Positions 59,501 to 64,000 of a stretch of 64,000 nt of DNA are shown piece by piece. Source of the DNA: Octopus sinensis (Eukaryota); the NCBI RefSeq assembly GCF_006345805.1, contig NC_043021.1, positions 12,524,001 through 12,588,000 on the forward strand, in the 5' to 3' direction. A program made the translations under genes and the position numbers. Within the stretch, counting starts at the first letter, position 1. Every line of letters starts with the position of its first letter. Under the pieces are notes generated by a model. It worked only from the letters and a program-made list of their open reading frames with translations. It did not search any database and was not told the origin of the DNA.

Positions 59501-62258
59501 AAAAAAAGAAGAGAAAAACAAAAAACAATTAAGACTTAGATAATTAAATAGATTAGCCAACCTTTTTGTACGTATATCGACAATAGCAACATCTCCATCA
59601 CTTTGTGAGACAAATAGTGTGTTAGCATCAAAGAAGGAAAAGTTGCGTAACAACACATCATCTTCTTCTGGAGTGTAGTAAATCTACAAAAAAAGATAAG
59701 ATAAAAATAACGGAAAATTGTAAAGTTAAGTAAAAATATACCGTAAATCTTCGAGTATAATATGCAGGGGATTTTTAGGGGGCTGTACCTCTGAAAAAAC
59801 TAAACCTTGTGTATAATACGCACCTCTTCTTAACTTGAGTCAAGGAGGTCTATATAATGTCCTTGGTTTGTAAAACTGCATATGGTAACGTCTATTATTA
59901 TTGTATATATAACATAATGCAAACGTGTAGCTTTTTTGTGAATTTTGTTTGCAGAAAATAAAGAAATAACAGTAATAACGTTTAATAAATGCTGCTCATT
60001 GCAAGTTATGGATGATTCTTTTATGACTTCATTGCTTTCAGGCTTAGCTTAAGGTATTTTCGCGCCCGACATCACAAAATGCATCTAAATAAACATTGCC
60101 AGACAGCAGATAGAGACTCGGACATTGCTTAGAAAATAATTTTCATTTTTAACCTCATACGCACTAGGGATTTTGACCTTTAAATTTTAGGAAAAAAATG
60201 TAGATTATACTTGAGGATTTATGGTAGATTTAAATCATCATCACTATTAGATTAACATCCCATTTATTTACATATTCAAGGCAGCAAATCTTGGCATTCA
60301 CAGTAGTACTGCAGGAACAATTTTTGTCTAGTTCGATGAGATGATATCTCCTGATGAATACAAGCAGTAAATTTGCCTTTCAATGATGTATTTGCATTTG
60401 GTGTGATGCATAGATAGCTATTTAAATTGAATACTGCAGAAACTACATACAGTAAATATTATATAAGATATAGGAAATGAAGATGCATGGCTTAGTAGCT
60501 AGGGGTAATTAACTCTCAATTGTAAGGCTGTGAGTTCAATTCCCAGGGGGTTAGTTGTGTCCTTGAGCAAGACACTTTATTTCATGTTGCTTCAGTCCAT
60601 TCAGCTGGCAAAAATGAAGAGTACTTGTGATTCAAAGGGCCAGCCTTGTCACATTCTGTGTCATACAGAATCTACCTCAAAACTATGCTACGGGTATGTA
60701 AGTCTGTGGAGCACTCAGCCACTTGCATGCTAATTTCACAAGCAGGCTGTTCTGTTGACCAGATCAACTGGGACCTTCGCCGTTAACTGACAGAGTGCCA
60801 GTTATAGGAGATGGGCTTCACTGAGTTTCTCCTCAATCAAATCCACTCAGACGACTTTAGTCAGCCTGGGGCCATAGCTGAAAACACTTGCCTAAGCTGC
60901 CATGCAGTGGGACTGAACCTGAAACCATGCGATCGAGAAGCATCTGTATGCCTGTGCCTATTACTGACTTTGAAGACATAAGGAGTAAACAATGGCTCTT
61001 TACCTAGGACAGGGGACACAACTGTCATCATGCCTGACACAAGGTGCCAGAATAAATTTAACCCTTTTGCAAGCAGAGTGAGATCTTGGTCTCCAGGTAA
61101 AGAAGAAGAGTGACATTTTGATCGTTTCTGCCAGGGCTCAATGTAAAGCATTCTCCCATTGGCTGATTGTTGAATATTAATGCTTTCGGTCAGCCTGAGG
61201 CTATAGTAGAAAACACTTGCCCAAGGTTCCACACTGGGACTGAACCCAGAACCATGTAGTTAGGAAGCAAGCTTCTTATTTCTTTACTGCCCACAAGGGG
61301 CTAAACACAGAGAGGACAAATGCGTAACTAGCACTTATTTAATCGACCCTGAAAGGATGAAAGGCAAAGTCGACCTCGGCAGAATTTGAACTCAGAACGT
61401 AGCAGCAGACGAAATACTGCTAAGCATTTCGCCCGGCATGCTAACGTTTCTGCCAGCTCGCCGCAAACTTACCACATAACCATGCCTACACCCCACCACA
61501 TATATATACATATATGTAAGTATGTATGTGTCTATGTGTCCTGTTCATTTCTAATCTTTTGTGAGAAATATGTCTAGTTACGGGAAAATATTACCTTGCT
61601 TGGAAAGAGGTGAGAGTTGGTGACATGAAATACATCTGACCACAAAGAAATTTGCCTTGATACATTCCATCTGACCCATGCAAACATAAAAAAAGCAGAC
61701 ATTAAACGGTGATGATGAACTGATGAAGTGAACCTATTTTACGACAGTAACATCCATTAGTCAACATTCTGAGACACCACAATTGATGGAATTCCTTAAT
61801 GTGACAATGCTGTTGGTTAGTCAAGTTTATACTTACAGCTTCAAAAATGCCCTTTTCAAAGTAGCCACAACGTAGAGTACCATCATAACTACAAGAATAC
61901 AGCTGGTCTAGGTTATATGGATTAAATGCAAGACAGTTGACTGGTTTGGTGTGGGGATTAAAACAGACAGCTCCACCATCAGCAAGTCCTTGACCCTGGA
62001 AATAATGAAGTATACACACATATATATATTTCTTTATTGCCCACAAGGGGCTAAACATAGAGGGGGACAAACAAGGACAGACAAATGGATTAAGTCAACT
62101 ATATCGACCCCAGTGCATAACTGGTACTTTATTTAGCAACCCCGAAAGGATGAAAGGCAAAGTCGATCTCGGCAGAATTTGAACTCAGAACGTAACATCA
62201 AACGAAATACTGCTAAGCATTTCACCAGACGCGCTAATGTTTCAGCCACCTCGCTGCC

Positions 62259-62293
<35 letters not shown>

Positions 62294-63121
62294 CAAAGTG
62301 AGAGAGAGATGCAGAGATACATGGGAGCTGTGAGAGTCGGAGCATTGGGTTCAATACCACCCAACTTGAAGAAACATCTGTACCAGCTTAACTTGGAACT
62401 TCATGCATACTACATAAAGTACTGTCAGTCTGGGGTCCTTGTTGTGACTTGACAGACAATACAAACCTCTGGTACACACAATATGTTCAATCTACAACAT
62501 CATAATATCGGGTATTGTGCAACAACAACGTTTTCAAATTTTGACACAGGGCCAGCAATTTCAGGGTAGGGTTAAGACCAATGCATTGACCATAGTACTT
62601 AGCTGGTATTTATTTTATTGAAATTTAGAAATACCAGCTAAATCATCCTCGGATCTTATCATTTAATGTAGTTCTGAGTACTAAATTTTATTACACTTGA
62701 ATAAAAGATAGCATGGTCATGTTTGGAAAGCCTCTAATCACAATTCTACTTACAGTGTGTATGAATGTGTATATAAATATATATATATAGATAGATATAT
62801 ATGGAGAAAGGCAAACACATACATATGAATATTAAATAATACAAAGTTTATAAAAAACAAATAACCCATTTTGTAGAATTCAGCAAAAATGTTAAAAAAA
62901 AAAAAAAAAGAAACCTGAAACAATTTCCAAGAAAGCAAGATCAAATTATTAAATTTGAAAAACTTACCACATCCCAAAGGCCAATTGATCCCCATTTTCC
63001 ACCAGCACCAACTAGGATTTTCTCTTTGGATGGGTGCATCACGACAGAGAAAATTCTGGATTCAACAACTTTGCGGACTTGGTTTTCAGTGACTTTCACT
63101 CGAGAAAATCCAGACAAAAAG
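53359..63121 (-). CDS. WDR76: WD repeat-containing protein 76 (CMR1/DDB2-like WD40), 3' eight exons; 5' end outside the window
   Basis: Exons 63121-62968, 61995-61837, 59683-59562, 59126-59025, 56969-56823, 55084-55031, 54662-54560, 53508-53359 are phase-consistent GT-AG. WDR76 motifs are present: GKWG, SYDGTLRC, SAYFSPLTG, HNNQTGRWLTKF, GSMxRPRQ, GANASGKLHVF. Confidence 0.93.
54560..54662 (-). CDS. WDR76: WDR76 exon (HNNQTGRWLTKFRATWHPCREDLFISGSMNRPRQ)
   Basis: Phase 2-0, CAG|GTAAGA donor. Confidence 0.95.
55031..55084 (-). CDS. WDR76: WDR76 54-nt exon (IYDSSKLSSSIPCLYSI)
   Basis: Long T-tract plus CAG acceptor, TAG|GTAAAT donor, phase 2-2. Confidence 0.9.
56362..56897. repeat. Perfect 268-bp tandem duplication including the 3' half of a WDR76 exon
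   Basis: 56362-56629 is identical to 56630-56897. Confidence 0.95.
56823..56969 (-). CDS. WDR76: WDR76 exon (TVSLWDLR...SAYFSPLTGKYILSTAQDDRI)
   Basis: Phase 2-2, CATTGCAG acceptor and CAG|GTATGA donor. Confidence 0.94.
57032..57657. repeat. Diverged tandem duplication (321 + 305 bp)
   Basis: 57032-57352 vs 57353-57657; about 10 small differences plus a roughly 15-bp deletion. Confidence 0.93.
57115..57560 (-). mobile_element. mariner 3' end relic, duplicated
   Basis: QGLEKLKDHCSKCVNLREQYVE* plus TIR-like GGGTGCTGAAAAGCTCCT at about 57121 and 57442. Confidence 0.7.
59025..59126 (-). CDS. WDR76: WDR76 exon (GKPENLFTASHKGLRSVDIHPLKKEYFVTAGLD)
   Basis: Phase 2-2, canonical splice sites. Confidence 0.93.
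59562..59683 (-). CDS. WDR76: WDR76 exon (IYYTPEEDDVLLRNFSFF...VAIVDIRTK)
   Basis: Phase 0-2, TTTTTTGTAG acceptor and AAG|GTTGGC donor. Confidence 0.9.
61837..61995 (-). CDS. WDR76: WDR76 exon (GQGLADGGAVCFNPHTKPVNCL...SYDGTLRCGYFEKGIFEA)
   Basis: 53 codons, canonical splice sites. Confidence 0.95.
62968..63121 (-). CDS. WDR76: WDR76 exon (FLSGFSRVKVTENQVRKVVESRIFS...GKWGSIGLWDV)
   Basis: TTGTTTGTAG acceptor, GTG|GTAAGT donor, phase 2-0. Confidence 0.92.
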
Positions 63122-63362
63122 CTACAAACAATTAAGTTGAATTATTGAGAATTAAAACAACGTTATTTATTGTTTTGGGGATCAACGTTTTTTTCACAAA
63201 CAGAAGGTAGACATTTTGAAGAATTGCTTATTATTGAAGTTGGGCATGAGAGGAATTATATGCAATGTGCAAGAGAGGAGACTGTTGGTTTGGACATGCA
63301 TAGAGAAGTGCTGATCACTTAAAGTGGAGGAAAGTTGCGAGAGAGAGAGAGAGAGAGAGAGA

Positions 63363-63470
63363 GACCCAGGAAGGCATGGATGAAGTAGTGAAGGTCAATT
63401 TCAAAACGCTGAGCCTTAAGGAGATGACAGAGAACCGAGATATGTGGCATATTGCTGTAGTCAAGAAGAC
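63363..63470 (+). mobile_element. RTE LINE 3' remnant
   Basis: RPRKAWDEVVKVNFKTL..MTENRDMWHIAV. Confidence 0.65.
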
Positions 63471-64000
63471 AAACTTATCACAACAGAAGTGATATTCGAA
63501 AACCAAGGTACCATATAAAAGCATTAGTTCGAGTGTTGGTGTTACATAAAAAGCACCTGGCACACTCTGTAAAGTGGTTAGCATTAAGGAAGGGCCATCA
63601 AGCTGTAGAAACCAAGCCAAGATAGACTATGGAACCTGATGTGGCCCCAGGCCTTCGCATTTCCTGTCAAGCCATCCAACCCATGGCCACATAGAAAACA
63701 TGTTAAATGTTGATGACGACGACAACGAATATCAATAAGTTTGGTTACCATGAGGAATGGTCCACCATGTAGCTTAACTCTTTGCCAGTTCAAATCATTT
63801 TCATAAGTTTGTCCTGAATGTCCATGCTTGTTTTCAGACTTAATTAGTCCTTGTTTCATAGTGTTCTGAGTAATATAAAGCTTTCCTTTCATAGGGAATG
63901 TGTATCGCTTGTGGTGCATGGACACCAGGGAAATACATCTTGAGTATCACATATGCTACATAGTGTAGGCTAAAGTGTTTCACCATCATCAGCAGCAGCA

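Noticed and set aside
63584-63925. 113-aa minus-strand ORF as the next upstream WDR76 exon
   Set aside because: The candidate donor (ATG|GTAACC) is phase 0 in the open frame but phase 2 is required; the phase-2 frame has a stop and there is no clear WDR76 similarity.

Overview
AT-rich, microsatellite- and SINE-dense animal genomic DNA, most likely an octopus/coleoid cephalopod (inferred from repeat style, not proven). It holds two convergent protein-coding genes. (1) A complete Deltex E3 ubiquitin ligase on + (13584-43964): tandem WWE, a large Q/H-rich linker, RING-H2 and DTC domain. My 9-exon model gives 2961 nt / 986 aa and closes frame using a predicted 20-nt microexon. (2) The 3' eight exons of WDR76 on - (63121-53359); its 5' end lies beyond the window. 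The rest is RTE and Tx1 LINE fragments, several tRNA-derived SINE families, mariner/hAT/piggyBac/Helentron-type relics and a 4.5-kb higher-order microsatellite between the two genes. The most notable unexplained structure is a set of short (TA)n-embedded elements carrying minimal type-I hammerhead ribozyme folds (4987-5067 -, 5389-5440 -, 9379-9420 +, decayed copy at 39156-39190). Two of these have the compensatory U3:A8 core, and several sit in long fold-backs, one of which has copied neighbouring DNA into its loop. This element class (Penelope pLTR / retrozyme-like) is known in animals, so any novelty concerns these families and rearrangements. All calls were made by eye, without database searches.
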